From Antedon mediterranea (lineage: Eukaryota; Animalia; Echinodermata), in NCBI RefSeq assembly GCF_964355755.1, contig NC_092671.1, positions 23,014,070 through 23,078,069 on the forward strand: a stretch of 64,000 bases of DNA, in the 5' to 3' direction. Both the position numbers and the translations under genes were made by a program. Each line of letters begins with the position of its first letter. The stretch's first letter is position 1. The notes under the pieces are model-generated. The model had not been told where the DNA came from, made no database searches, and was given only the letters and a program-made list of their open reading frames with translations. This document shows positions 27,197 to 41,574 of this stretch, piece by piece.

Positions 27197-27690
27197 GTTC
27201 TGAACACGCTGGACCTTAGCAATAGTCTTAGCTGGAAGCCCACAAAGAAGAGAGTTGCACGAGTCTAGCCTGGATGAAACAAATGAATGGACCAGTATTT
27301 CTGTTGATTTTAGCTTCCGTACATGTCTAATCTTGCGGATGGAATTTATTGCAGATTTGCACACTTTGTCAACATAAGCAGATAAGACAAAGTCAAAGAT
27401 GACTCTAAGGTTTCAAGCAGTAGGTGATGGTCTGATCATAGAGTTACAAATTTTTACAGAGGGTGTCCAGTCTGGAGGTCTATGGCGAGAAGTAAAATTA
27501 ATCAATTCAGTCTTGGCAGCATTCAGTACAACCATGTTATGTGTGTACCATAATTTTATTTCGGCGATGCAAGTTTCAAACTTATTCACAGCCCCTTCAC
27601 ATTCTTTTCTTTTGAGGGACGGCAGAATCAATAGCAACTGGATCAGACATTGTATAATTGATTTCAATGGAGTAAGTTCTTCCATTAAGG
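27197..27690 (-). mobile_element. L2-like LINE ORF2 fragment
   Basis: CIAEIKLWYTHNMVVLNAAKTELI, and further on LVHSFVSSRLDSCNSLL..QRVQN. Confidence 0.8.
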
Positions 27691-30176
27691 TAAGATGAAA
27701 ACAAATTTATAGCAGTACCGGTTATACTGTAGCCTGCCGTTTTATAGGGAATTATCTGAGCAACAACATATTAACGTGTTGAAGAAATTCTTTGAACTAT
27801 GATACAAAATATGAAAATACGACTTTTATAATTCAACTGGTCATATACAAATTTTTTAGCGAAAGATAATTGATTAACCTAGACAATATCAGAATATGGG
27901 GAAATTGGAACACAGATAAGTGGAGACACGCTCTATTAAATGTGATGAGCTATGGAGAAAGAGACAAAAATCCTATATTTTATATTCGAGTGGCCATACG
28001 ATGACGTCACAATGTCCGGTTTGCCATATTGATGTATGATCCGATATCTACAACTCATCTATTTCCAGAATATGTAATAAAAATAAACTTCAAAATGTAG
28101 TTTAGAAAGTATGCGCTCACATTGAAATTCTCATCAAAAACGTGCGTGAATTGTCCAAATTCAAAGTGCTCATATGATGTGATTTAAAGTAAAAATTGTT
28201 TTTAAAAAGTTGATGATTACTACAAGTAAAAATATGTTTTCAGTGCTATGTGCGCACTGAGCGCGTACAAATTTGCGCTCACGTTGAAGTTGAAGTGACA
28301 CGAAATGCAAAGAAAATTGATTTGAAATTGATTTTTCGCAATTTAAATTGTTAAACGCATGTGTGTGTGTAATGATCTGTGAAACATGCCATTTTTTTTC
28401 CACAGGAAGTTAGCGCATGATAAAAATTACAATTTTGCTAAGTTTCAATTTAAATTGTTATATGGTTTTCAATCTATGTTAAATAGGCGAAATTCATAAA
28501 ATCACTGCTGCTGCGCAACCATACAGTCATATAACGAAGTTTCTTGCACATCTACAGATAGAGTTTAATCTTCTGACAAAGTTATACATTCTTATGTTAA
28601 CAAGAATTAGGGATACGCTGCGGACAAAATTCCTGGAAAGAATAAGATAGAAAAGAAAAAAAAAGATCATGACAATACGGCGTCATCTCCACTAAATATC
28701 GGACGGATTGTACTGCAGCTGGTCGCGATATCTATTGTATTGTGACATCCTTCTGGACGCAGTTAAAATGTTGCGTCCGAGGGACTACCGATTATTCACA
28801 ATTATTCCGTTTTAGTGCGTCCATGAATAGCTCCGCCCCTCATTATGTGGTTGACTGATTTCAAGTTGTTGTTATGGAACTTCGCTTGATCGCGACCCAC
28901 GGCGCCCAGACGGGCCCCTTGACTTGTCTGACTTTAATCAACAAATATACGTAGTAAGGCAAACAAATAATAAATACCTCAATACGGCTGCTTCGCTTCC
29001 TTGTGTCGGCTTTCTAACATTTGATTTGACCTTTTGATCACGCACAATTGTGTGTAACAACAGTCAACATGACCAACTTCGACTTACTTCGTCCAGTTGC
29101 GATAGCTTTCGTGTACTGTGTACTGTAGAACATGTGATTGATAACCGTCAATGACACACTGCTGCGTTTGACTCCGACCACCCTCGCCGGATTGCGACCT
29201 AGATTTTTGTAGGAACGCACTTGTCTAGCGGTGTCCCTTTGTGGGAATCGTTCAACATTGGCGGTTTACGCGTGATATATCATGTTCCATCCAGGGACCA
29301 AAATGCGTAGTTACTTTCCATCAGGCGCTACACAGCAAAGGAGTACGAATTATGTTTACGATCTAGTTCAAATTTATAAATTTACGATTAACTCGATTTA
29401 TACCCAGGTGGGGTACCTAAAATAGACGTTTCAGTGCAAGCCCTACATAACTAAACTAGAAACATGCTATTTTCGTTTAGCCAACATCTTTTTATCAAGC
29501 TACGTTATTAAATGTTCAATGTACTGTATGTCATGAATTTCTCTCGTACTACTTGAGATAGTAAGTCCCGAAATGGTACAAGGGTTGGTGAAATCTGTCC
29601 ATAATAGGTTACTTTTATAATTGGCTGTCCAAAATAGGTGACTTTTTGTCCATAATAGGTGATTTTGTTGGCGTACTTGTACGTTCGTAGTTTATTTTGC
29701 GAGTAGAAGTAATAGTTAATACTAATTTGCTTCTCTTCAGATTTCGAGGCCTAGGCCTAGTAGAAGGCCTAATTAATATAATTCTTTAAGTCTCTCTAGC
29801 CTCTAGGGCCTAGGCACTAGGCTAGGCCTATACCTGTTAGTTAGGCTACCTCAGGCCTAGGACTCCTACGGCTTAGGTCCATCTCGGCCGCCGAAAACCT
29901 CGGCCGCCGGTTACAGAACACGATATTGTATGGAGCGCCAAAAGTGCCCGTTATGATAGTGTAATAGTGACGACGTGTACAACACAGGCTTTAAAGTTAA
30001 CGATGTTTTTATGATGTATTTATTTTGATTCGATAATAAAGTACTGTATTTGAGAGTGTCTCAAATAAAATTTTTAAACAGTTAGCCAGCTTTATATATA
30101 AAATAAATCGAATAGTACAATATATTTCGTTTTATGTTTTAATGTTAATTAATACTGTGAATGAGTTACTATATTA

Positions 30177-31659
30177 TCTATATATAAATTTACGTAAGGG
30201 CAAAATTCGGTAAATCGCGCCTTACTTCTAGAATTTTTACTCGATGGTATATAAAGTTGGTTCGTACTTTCGGTACTGATTTTAACCACCTGATGTAACC
30301 CTGTTTACTAATTAAATTAAGTTAGATAATTAGTTATTGACGATTAAAACGAATTTAGGTTCAACGATTTGCCCCAAATAGGGGTGTTTTCCGATCGTGG
30401 TATACACTGTCTAATGGATGTCCATCTTGAAAAATACCCGCCACAAAAATGCGAGGAGGCTTCGCATTTTCCTATCTCCTCCTACGATAATTGTTTTTAA
30501 TAGCTGAAAACCGGTTGAACAGTTCGAGTACAGCATCATAATGTTGAAGACAGGCCGATTTTCTTTAAAAAATACTATTTTGATACATTTAATATACGTT
30601 TTTTTTGGAGAATAAACATAAATAGTATTTGACGTACAATACTGTTAAGGTATTTTAATGGTTAAAACCACTTTTGATCGCAATTTGAATCGCAAATTTC
30701 TTACTGTGAGTGTTGGTACTGTTAGATGTAATATAAAAATATATACAAATAAACTTTATTACTGTGAGTGTGGGTAGGCCCTACTGTTAGATTATAAACA
30801 TATAATATACAAATAAACATTCCAAATTATTTGGTTTAACCATAGAGGTATAGATTTAGATTTATGGGCCCCCTTGGAGAATAAACATAAATAGTATTGC
30901 AATGCTGTACAATAATGTTAAGGTATTAACCACTTTTGATCGCAATTTGAATCGCAAATTTCTTACTGTGAGTGTTGGTACTGTTAGATGTAATATAAAA
31001 ATATATACAAATAAACTTTATTACTGTGAGTGTGGGTAGGCCCTACTGTTAGATTATAAACATATAATATACAAATAAATAAACGTTATTACTGACAGTT
31101 GCTTCTCAACGTTTGTATTAATTAATAATTTAAAAATATATAAACGTCGTAGTGGTGTATCGTTACATGTACTTTACTATTTCAATCGACTATGACAGTG
31201 AGAGTTTTAACAAAGTACCGTATTAAATCGTAAATGTTTTACTGTATTTAGTGGTATATTATTTATAGGCCTATAAAACATTAAAAACAATATTTCGTTA
31301 CTGAGTGGATAAGAATATATTTTAAAATGTTTCCTCTTTGTACCTATCTTCTTCCCCCATCCCTCAACCCTTAATGTTACATACAAAACACAAATTGGGT
31401 TTGTTTAAATGAGTCCAAATAAAAAAATTTGACTCATTTTGTTTCTCTCTCGGAAGTAATTCCCAGGGTGCTAATTTTGGTTGACTACATAAATCATTGT
31501 GTATATTTATTCGTTTCGGTAAACGACAATGTATTATAGTCCTGCATTTGAAGTACATTTGAAATCTCCATTTTTTTCTCGCTGGAAATACTGTGTATTC
31601 GAGAACCATCTGTGGGCACGACCTAGATGGTACGCGAGCGAAGCGAGCGTGCCATCTAG
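30177..31659 (+). mobile_element. Non-autonomous canonical Helitron (family H1)
   Basis: A|TCTATATATA start. 3' hairpin ctagatggtacgc..gcgtgccatCTAG|T. Empty site ttactatatta/ttacagtac is present in the sibling repeat unit at ~34092. Internal ~240-bp tandem duplication. Confidence 0.9.
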
Positions 31660-31804
31660 TTACAGTACAATTTATATACTGCTTAATTATAATATAATTT
31701 CAAGTTAACGATGTTTTTATGATGTATTTATTTTGATTCGAAAATAAAATACTGTATTTAAGAGTGTCACAAATAATATTTTTAAACAGTTAGCCAGCTT
31801 TATA

Positions 31805-34028
31805 TCTATATTATAAGTGAGAGAGTTTGTCTGTTTGTTTGTTTGTCTGTTTGTTTGTTATACAAATTTTTGTTACTGCACATAATCTTACATATGGGGT
31901 ATCAAAATGACCGCAATTGTACCGGGAATGTTCTAAGCTATATTTCAACATCATCCGCCACCTAGGATCCAAGTTAGGGCCCAAAATGTGGTCAAAACCC
32001 CCATATTCGATGTTTGTTCGTTATACAAATTTCTGTTTCCGCATGTAACCATACATATGGGGTATCAAAATGATCGCAATTGAACCGGGAAGGTTTTAAA
32101 CTACATTACAACAATTCCCCGAGTCCTGGGGTTTTTTGTGGGAGGGTTGGGAGGGGGGTGGGGTGGTTTGTGATGTCATTTTTGCTTGGGCTCGGGGTTG
32201 TAGGCTATCGAATTGTAAAATTATACTGCAAATGTTTTACAGTATTTAAATTATCCTCAGGAAGGCTTTTGGAGAAATATAGATATAGATATACATATTT
32301 TAATCATTAACCAATATGACACCTATTCATTTACACATTTAGCAAAGTACTTTAACCATATCCAGCTATGTATCGGTCTCTTGGGTTGTCTCATTACAGA
32401 CATCCATACCTGTGTGAACATACACATGTTGTTTACTGTTACTGTGTTCAACTACTATATTTGAACATCATCCGCCATCTAGGATCCAAGTTAGGGGCCA
32501 CAATGCATGGTCAAAATGGCGGACTTTCGATGTTTGTTCGTTTTACAAATTTCTGTTTCTGCATGTAACCATGGGGTATCAAAATGATCGCAATTGTGGT
32601 TGCAAAATGTTAAAGTATTTTAATTATCCCTGGAAAGGGGCTGGGGTGGGGATGTAGGCTTATCACCAAGACCGAAACTGTATTGGGAATGTTTTAAACT
32701 ACTTATGAAAACTGCCACTGAGGGATTATGGGTTGGGAGATGGCTAAAATAATTTTTATTGGAACCTTCTTAAACACGTTACCCAGTATCTGGGGTGTGA
32801 TTGAAGTAGGAGGAGGACCGAAAATGCTGCCGTAATGAAGTAGCCTATATGATTGGAATTGTAATAGGAAAAGTTACTACATTTGAACTGTCCAGGGGAG
32901 GAGTTAAGGTTTGTTGATTGTGGCTTGGATGGCGAGAGGAGAAAGAAGGCTAGGGGGCCGCAGTATCAAAATTAGATATTTTAATTATCAGCCAATATGA
33001 AACCTATTTATTTACACAGTTGAATTGAATTTGTACTGGGAAGAATTTTTTTTTAAAAAAGAGTGTGGGGTGTTATTGAAGAGGGGTGGGTAAGTATAGT
33101 GAGGTAGGCCTACTGGCGTCGGGTATTCTGAGAAGGCTTTACACTAATGTTAAAACCAATTAACCAATATGACACCTATTCAATTTATTATTAATTTATT
33201 TATTTACTGACATCCATACCTGTGTGAAACACATGTTGTTTACTGTTACTGTGTTGAACTACATCACCAATCCTCCAAGGAAAAAACGTCAATTGTGGGA
33301 GAGTGGGGTTGGGAGATAGGGTTTGGGTTCAGGGGATAGTGGGGATTTTGCTTACACCAGAATTGTGGTTGGAAAATGTTAAAGTATTTAATCATCCCTG
33401 GGAAGCGGATGGGAGTTTGGGGTGGGCATGTAGGCCTATCACCATGACCGAAAATGTATTTGGAATGTTTTAAACTGCAGCTGAGGGATTATGGGTTGGG
33501 AGTGATAATAACATAATTTTTACTGGAACCGGCTTCAACACATCACCCAGTGTATCTGGGGTGTGTTTGTAGGGGGAGGAGGAGCGAAAATACTAGCGTA
33601 ATGAAGTAGCCTATATGATTGGATTGTACTAGGAAAAGTTACTAAATTTGAACTGTCCAGGGGAGGAGTTAAGGTTTGTTGATGTTGGCTGGGGTCGTGA
33701 AAGGAGAAAGAAGGCTGGGGGACCGCAGTATCTAAATTACATATTTTAATTATCTGCCAATATGACACCTATTCATTTACACAATTTACAACGTACTTCA
33801 ACCATTATTAGACCCATCGTAGCTATGCATACTCCTCTCAATTCGAAGCTTAGGTTGAATTTAATTTGTCCATCACTGGGAAGAATTTGTTTTTAAGAAA
33901 GAGTATGGGGTGTTATTGAAGAGGGGTGGAGGTTGGTGAATATAGACAGATACTGGCGTCGGGTGTTATGTACTGAGAAGGCTGTAAACTAATTTTGAAA
34001 CCCGCCCTGGGGCGGGTATAATTGCTAG
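31805..34028 (+). mobile_element. Non-autonomous canonical Helitron (family H2)
   Basis: A|TCTATATTAT start followed by a (TTTG/TCTG)n tract. 3' hairpin cccgccc-tg-gggcggg then CTAG|T. Empty site ctttata/tataaaataaatcg at ~34241. Internal ~800-bp direct duplication. Confidence 0.9.
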
Positions 34029-34880
34029 TATAAAATAAATCGAATAGTACAATATATTTCGTTTTATGTTTTAATGTTAATACTGAATGAGTTACTATAT
34101 TATTACAGTACAATTTATATACTGCTATATTATAATATAATTTCAAGTTAACGATGTTTTTATGATGTAGTTATTTTGATTCGAAAATAAAATACTGTAT
34201 TTAAGAGTGTCACAAATAATATTTTTAAACAGTTAGCCAGCTTTATATATAAAATAAATCGAATAGTACAATATATTTCGTTTTATGTTTAAATGTGAAT
34301 TAATACTGAATGAGTTACATTTATTACAGTACAAGGTATATACTGCTATATTATATAATTAGTTTAATAAAAAACGAAATAAATGATTTAAAATGATATG
34401 TGTATCTTTGCGTTGATTCAATCTACTTAGAAAATGCAGTCAACACAACGGCATCATCAAAATGCGTGCATACTTTCTACAAAACAAATAATACTAATCC
34501 CCTATATTGTGCTAATCACAAACAAATCAAAACAACAATATTGAACAAAAAGAAAGTATGTCTTTGTGATGATGCTTTGATTTCATTCATTATAGAAACA
34601 ATACATCATATAGGATAAATGGTCATTTGTCTTTGAGGCTTTGATTTAATGCATAATATAATAAAACAATAAAACAAAACATAATGTTCGGTTGCTTTTC
34701 GTAAACCAAAAAGTCGGAAGATGCGTAAATCAAAGGTAATTTTGTGTCAATAGTAAAAAGTGTCCTTTGCGAAAGGCACACAATAGTTGCGCAAATAATT
34801 GTCTACTCTCTGTATAAAATGGGGGGTGCTAGTACGTACATGTTCACTTTCAAACTGATTTATCTTCGACTGCAACAAAA

Positions 34881-35753
34881 ATGAACGAATGTATCCAGTG
34901 TAGAGAACCTGTTAATCATCGTCAGGCGGCTGTTTTTTGCGAGGAGTGCCAACGGTGGCAACATCGAACTTGCGGTGCTGGTATCCGCGACGGCTACATT
35001 GATTGGACGTGTAATGAATGTGTGCGACCTGTTCCGGAGGAACCTGCAGCCCAACTTGATGTCTTTGCTGGAGACCTTGGAGCATTTGAAGAGCCTGCAG
35101 TTGTTGAGGAACAAAACTTAGCAAACCCATATCGAGTACCAAATCCAGACATTCCAGTTGGTGTAGAGGATGAGGTTACTTTTAAGATTCTCGAAACCAC
35201 ATCAATCCGTGGAAAGGTAATGTTACATTATTTTGTTCTATTTTTTAATAATTATTTGATGTATCAAACACGGCATACATGCATGTCCAATGTACGTGAT
35301 AATTTAAAATTCAATCAATTCAAATATGTCCCAAAATAAAACAACAACACTCAAACAAATTGTTTTCAATATCATTGTTTCAGTCGCTACATACTTTCTA
35401 GTCCCAGTGATTTAAACCTATGTGAACGTCTTTAAATTTTATTCTTCTTCTTCTTCAGGACACATTGACAAGCAGCGATGGCTATCAATACACCAAGAAA
35501 GTGGATAGACGCCGACCTAACAATATAACATGGAGGTGCTGCGTTCGGAACAGGAACTTGACGTGTAGGGCAACCGTGATCGAAAGAGATGGTGTCTACA
35601 TTAGAGGTTTACAAAACCACGTATGCGGTGCTATGCCAGGTATGTCTAATCAACAGACATTTAAAACGTGTACAATATTTGTGTGTAAAAATTTGAAGAT
35701 TTTTTTTTTTTCATTCAGGGCTTGAAAAAGTATCCATCATCTGTAGAAACTAG
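34881..35753 (+). pseudogene. Spliced PHD-finger + FLYWCH zinc-finger gene (N-terminus of a MULE/Phantom transposase), truncated
   Basis: Exon 34881-35216 (CIQC..CEEC..HRTC..WTCNEC). In-frame GT-AG intron. Exon 35459-35639 (GK|DTLTSSDGYQYT..WRC..C..NH.C). Exon 35719-35753 ends in a stop. No DDE domain is seen downstream. Confidence 0.8.
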
Positions 35754-36988
35754 CCTAGCCTAGGCCTAGCTAGAGTCCATTTGTTATTTATTGTCTACCA
35801 ATGAAAAGTGAGATATTTTTTTCTAGGCCTAGCTTACAGCAGGGGGTACCTCCCTGCTACAGTAGGAGGTACCTCCCTGCTACAGTAGGAATACAAATGA
35901 CATGGGCTCCATATTAGGTAGATAGGTTTCCTACTACAAACAACTAGGCCTATCCTCATCTATTTTTTTGTTTTTTTATTTTTTTAATATGAATATTTTA
36001 CAGACTAACATACTATTTTACTCGTAACTATACTGCCTAACTGCAGGTCAGGTCTGGCGGACTAGTCACTATACAGTATTTTTACTAATACCACTACCAC
36101 CTGCACCGCTACTACTATACTTTGAAGACCGAAATCAGTTACTACTAGCCTAGTCTACTAGACCTATTGGTAGTTTGTCTTCAAATCTAGATTGCTAGTT
36201 GACCTATTAAAATGTTTGTTTTTTTTATTATTTTGTGAATGAATGAGTCTTATTCAGACAGTTCGGACAGTTAGTAGGTTGGCAGTATAGTAGAACCAGA
36301 GCTATCGTTACGGTATATGTTATTATGTCATCTATTTAAATCTCAATTGTTTTCCCATATTTTCTGCATGTATTACAGATTGTGTACAGTGTATCTTCTG
36401 ATCAATGTTTTAATACAGTAGCATGCACATTTCTATTAACTAGGGTAAGTAACAGATAGGCCCAACCTACAATTGAAGAAAAAATACTTTACATATAACC
36501 CACTAGACCTACATCTTCTTTTAGAAGATTTTTCAATATGACCACTACTACTACTGCGTCGAGCTTGCTCGGATCAATATGACCAAGATACTGTAAAATC
36601 CCCAGAAGGAGCCTATTTAGAAAAGTATTTGTTTGCAAAAGTAATCTCAAAAAGAAGGATACAATTTAGTCAAACATTTTCAGAGAGACCAACTGAATAT
36701 TGTCAGTACCGTAGTAAAAAACCTTAATGACAATACATGAAAATTAATTTTTAACATTCTGATTTGAAATGTTCTATTCATTTGAATTGCTAAAAAATTA
36801 AAAGTAGATATTTCTTTTTTATTTCCATTATAAACATTACAATCACTGTACAAAGAATAGATAAATCCACTAACAAATTCATGCAGAAAATATTTAAAAA
36901 TTTTAATTAAATGTTATTTTATTAAAGCATTCATTCAATAAAGACTTTATCTTTAAAACATTTAATTTCAGTTTTCATATAGTGAGTA

Positions 36989-38149
36989 TCTATATATAAA
37001 TTTACGTAAGGGAAAAATTCGGTAAATCGCGCCTTACTTCTAGAATTTTTACTCGATGGTATATAAAGTTGGTTCGTACTTTCGGTACTGATTTTAACCA
37101 CCTGATGTAACCCTGTTTACTAATTAAATTAAGTTAGATAACGAATTTAGGTTCAACGATTTGCCCCAAATAGGGATGTTTTCCGATCGTGGTATACACT
37201 GTCTAATACATGTCCATCGTGAAAAATACCCGCATACAATAATACGAGGATGCTTCGCATTTTCCTATCTCCTCCTACGATAACTGTTTTTAATGACTGA
37301 AAACCGTTTGAACAGCTCGAGTACAGCATCATAATGTTGAAGACAGGCCGATTTTCTTTAAAAAATACTATTTTGATAGATTTAATATACGTTTATAGAA
37401 ATGTATTGATTTGCAATGAATGGAACATTCCAAATTATTGCATACCTCCATGGTTTAACACAAGTAGGTAAATTTATAGACCCTTGGAGAATAAACAGAA
37501 ATAGTATTGTAATGCTATACAATACTGCAAATAGGTATTAACCACTTTTGATCGCCATTTGAATCAAAAGTGTGTTGATACTGTTAGATATAATATAAAC
37601 AAATATACTAATAAACGTTATCACTGTGAGTGTGGGTAGCTCCTACTTTTAGATTATAAACACATAATAATATAATTAATTGTTTCTCAATGTTTGTATT
37701 AATTAATAATTACAAAAATATAAACGTATTAGTGGTCTTTAAATGTACTTTACTATTTCAATCGACCATGAGACAGTGACAGTTTTAATAAATTATTAAA
37801 TCGGAAATGTTTTACTCTATTTAGTGGTATATTATTTATAGGCATATAAAAAAAATATTTCGTTACTGATTGGATAATAAAGAAATATAAAGAATAATTT
37901 AACAAAATTGGGTTTGTTTAAATGAGTTCAAATAACTAATTTCGACTCATTTTGTGACAAGTTTCTAGGTGCTAATTTTGGTTGACTACATAAATCATTG
38001 GGTCTTTTTAGTTGTTGCTGTAAACGACAATGTTTTATAGTCCTGCCGTACGTACATTTGAAATCGCCAGTTTTTTTACGCTGAAATTACTATGTATTCG
38101 AGAACCATCTGTGGGCACGAACTAGATGGTAAGCGAGCGTACCATCTAG
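36989..38149 (+). mobile_element. Second copy of Helitron H1
   Basis: Same A|TC start and hairpin-CTAG|T end. Colinear with 30177-31659 but lacks the internal duplication. Confidence 0.9.
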
Positions 38150-40896
38150 TGGTAATAATTGACTCTGACTGGTATAAACTTAAATTTAGTGAAACAATCC
38201 TACATATCTTTTTTTTAAATGCAATAAAATATTTAAACAAAACTGTGTCCCACCATACAGCATTACTAAGATTGCATTATACAATACTTAAACATTATTA
38301 TAGTATTTAAATATTTCCTTTTTTTATTATAGGCATACAGATGTTTGATATTCTGCTCATATATAGTATGCTGCTGAAATGAAAAAGTACATCACTTCAA
38401 CATACTAACTTTGATCATATCATCATCGATCAATAATTATAGTAATAAACATAATAATTATGGTGTATTTTATTTATCTTTGCTATTTTTTAAATTGTAC
38501 TTGTAGTTTAACCATGTTTTTACACTTTGAAAATTAATATAATTCAGTATTTTTTAATGTGATTAAGATTTTGAATAAACTGTTCTGAATACAGAACAAA
38601 GGTGTTGATTGTACACTGCGTGTATGTAAACTTGATTTAATGTCGTATTTCTTTTTATTAAACATTAAAATTGATTCATTTAATTAAACAACAATATAAT
38701 AAATGGATGAGAAGTGCTGCTGTTGATCCACTTCAGACTGGGATGATTTGTCATTGAGCTATGTGGATCCAGGATTTTGAAATAGGGGAGGACCTAAAAT
38801 GACAAAATGAAGTGCTGAACAGTGATGTCTTTTTCAATACTAAATTGATAAAGTTGATTTTTATTATTACTGTTAACAAAACAAAATAAAGTCTAAAGAA
38901 AAAAAAATACAACAATTACATTGAAACACCAATGCATTAAAAATAATAGTTTACATTTTCATTATCTTAAAAAAATAAAACTTCTTCAATATTAGAGTAT
39001 TATGAGGCATTTTTTATTTTTGTAAAAGAACGTGTGAGTTGGGTAATTTATTTAAACTTGCAATAGTATGGTAAGTTGCGTAATGTCTATCCGTACTAAC
39101 ATTCAAAACCTAAAATTAAGTTCAAATTAAATTATTTGTTGTTGAATAAATCTCACATTTCATTATTAGTGGACAATAACAAATATACTAGGCCAGTAGT
39201 AGGCCTATAGAGGTAGCTTAACTAACAGGACTAGCCTAGACCTAGGCTAGAGAGACTTAGATAATTATAGTTATACTAATTAGGCCTCCTAGGTAGCCTC
39301 GAAGTCTGAACAGAAAGCAAATTTGTTTTACTTCTACTCGCGAAATAAACTACGTACGTACGAGTACGCCAAAAAAATCACATATTATGGACAACACAAT
39401 GGATGGCGCACTACTCCAATAAAATCCCCTATTTTGGACAGCCAATTATGAAAGTTACCTATTATGGACAAACAACAGCGCCCTCTAGTCTCTATTATGG
39501 ACAGAAAGTAACCTAATATGGAGAGAAAAGTAACCTATTATGGACAGATTTCACCAACCCCGCTCAAATGGTACGCATAAACCTGGGAGGTAATAAACTG
39601 ATTTCGCACGATGGAAAATGGTCTGTTAGCTTGATATTTGTTGCGGGGAATATTTGGTTTGTTCCGCCAGTCACGCATGCCATCGGACTTCGCCGACGTG
39701 TAATGTGTTTTGAAATAACAAGTAGGTTATTTTTTTATTTATTTATTTTTATTTCAACAATCTTTACCGAGGGTGGTCCATCCAGCCGAAGCTGATCATT
39801 AGGGACCCTCACAAAAATACATTATAACGAGACATAAACATGTAACAACAAAATAAATTTGAAACAAATATAATTTAAAATTTACATAAAATAAAACAAA
39901 TTTATTTATTATTATTTTTGTACAACATGTATTTCGATCGGATCGTCGGCGTTTGTACCTGTTTTGGAATCCCATTTTCTCTTTAGATAAAAATATTATT
40001 CTCTATTATTGACTTGTATATATTATCTGGTATGAGACTGGCCATTGTGTGGGTTTTATGTGTAATACACTATGGCGACTGAGTTCAAAATATTTTCCGA
40101 TAAATTTTAGGAGATCCACTTTTTTTTTTAAATCATACAAACAGTGATGCTAATCCTTTAAGAACATTTTACAGTAAAAACTATTTCCATTACGATCGAC
40201 AGTCTGTTACGAGTATAGCCGCCGCGCTATATTATTTCTGTTGGCTTCCGTTTTCCTGCACACAATACAATCCCCTTTTATTTATTATCAATATGTTTAA
40301 TGTTCTTAATCATCTATAGATGTTCCCTATCGTTTAATAAACGCCTGTCAAAACTTCACAAACAACAAGCGGGTGAATTTACTCGTATCAAAATCCTATA
40401 CATCAAATTAATTTAATTAAATTTTAAAATTACGAATCACAAATTATAACTCTTGTCTCTCGTACAAAAATGAAGTTTTTTGGACAAGTAATTCTCTTGT
40501 GTTTGGACTGCTGAGTACCAGGTCGCCGGCTTTTGAAAATTTCCCCTATCTCTTAACCCTAGCAGTTCACTAAAAATTTTTTTACATCAATGCCGACGGT
40601 GTTTCTTATGATTAAGAATTTAAAACAACTAGGTAATTAATTAAACATAACAATGCCGAAACAGCCATAACAATTTAAATAATAACAGAGTTACATTGTA
40701 AAAGCCTCCCTAAAATAGATGCTTTTCTGCGATTTTTGGAAAACTCCAAACAAAACAAATAAACAAATAATTGTAATAATATAATTATTTGTTAGCAATC
40801 GGAGATATCCGTTTCTTTGTTTAATTTGAAGATATTGTTTGTATTTTCTAATTGCATTGATATTATTCTGTATGGGAATTGAATCAGTTCGCTGAA

Positions 40897-41574
40897 TTAA
40901 TTAAAAAGATAGTATTGGGAACAGAAAAAAATTATCAAAAATATTGTTGGTACTTCGTAAAGAAGATGGTCCCGAACCGCTTTCAGACCAGTTCCACAGT
41001 GTCCGGTGGTGCTTTGGCGACGTCGATGTGCTTCAAATTCACTTCTTTCAATAAAGTTTTTTGCTATTTCAATAATTTGCGGGAATTTGTCTACAACTGC
41101 TCGTTTTACAGGAGGCCAGTTTTCGTTTTCACTCGAAGTGTCAATTAACAAATTTGTCAATAGTCTTGAAGGTTTGTGATTGCTTGTATTTAACATGATG
41201 CTGCCGACAAGAAAGATATGCTACAAATAAATTCAATGAGACTGGAACTGTATCTGTAACAATGTAGCCTAAAGTGGACTCTTCCGACTTTCAGTGCTTT
41301 TTCGAACAACTGAAACGACTGGGCGTTTTGATTTTGTGAGCGTTTTTTACCTAAGTACCTTAGTAAGGAAAACAATTTCTCAGCAGGACTTAAACCAGGG
41401 ATTTGAACTGTGAAAAGCTGGATATACACCAAACTCGCATTCACAAGGTTTTTGTGCAATTAGCCTAATCACACTCAGAACTAAGACACAAAAATAAAAA
41501 ACAAATGTCGAATGAAATCGTATGTTATAAGGGACATATACTTTAGTCAGAGGTCCCAACTTGGAAAAGTCCAT
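40897..41574 (-). pseudogene. Decayed transposase-like gene fragment (possibly a Zator/TP36-related N-terminus)
   Basis: Coding-like KFPQIIEIAKNFIERSEFEAHRRRQSTTGHCGTGLKAVRDHLL..VP, preceded by stop-interrupted frames and a probable short intron. The family call is from memory of motifs only. Confidence 0.4.

Larger units (their letters stand above)
29994..34350. repeat. ~220-bp tandem repeat (about 3 units) interrupted by two Helitrons
   Basis: Units begin aagttaacgatgtttttatgatg at ~29994, ~31702 and ~34146. Confidence 0.85.
29580..39565 (+). mobile_element. Mutator (Phantom-like) DNA transposon, non-autonomous or deleted
   Basis: TIR GGGTTGGTGAAATCTGTCCATAATAGGTTACTTT, with inverted similarity extending ~200 bp and subterminal ATAATAGGT repeats. 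9-bp TSD AAATGGTAC (29571-29579 / 39566-39574). Right end reads GAGCGGGG in reverse complement. Internal FLYWCH gene. Confidence 0.85.

Noticed and set aside
34881-35339. ORF-track 152-aa protein as given
   Set aside because: The C-terminal 40 residues are read-through into an intron. The spliced model is reported instead.
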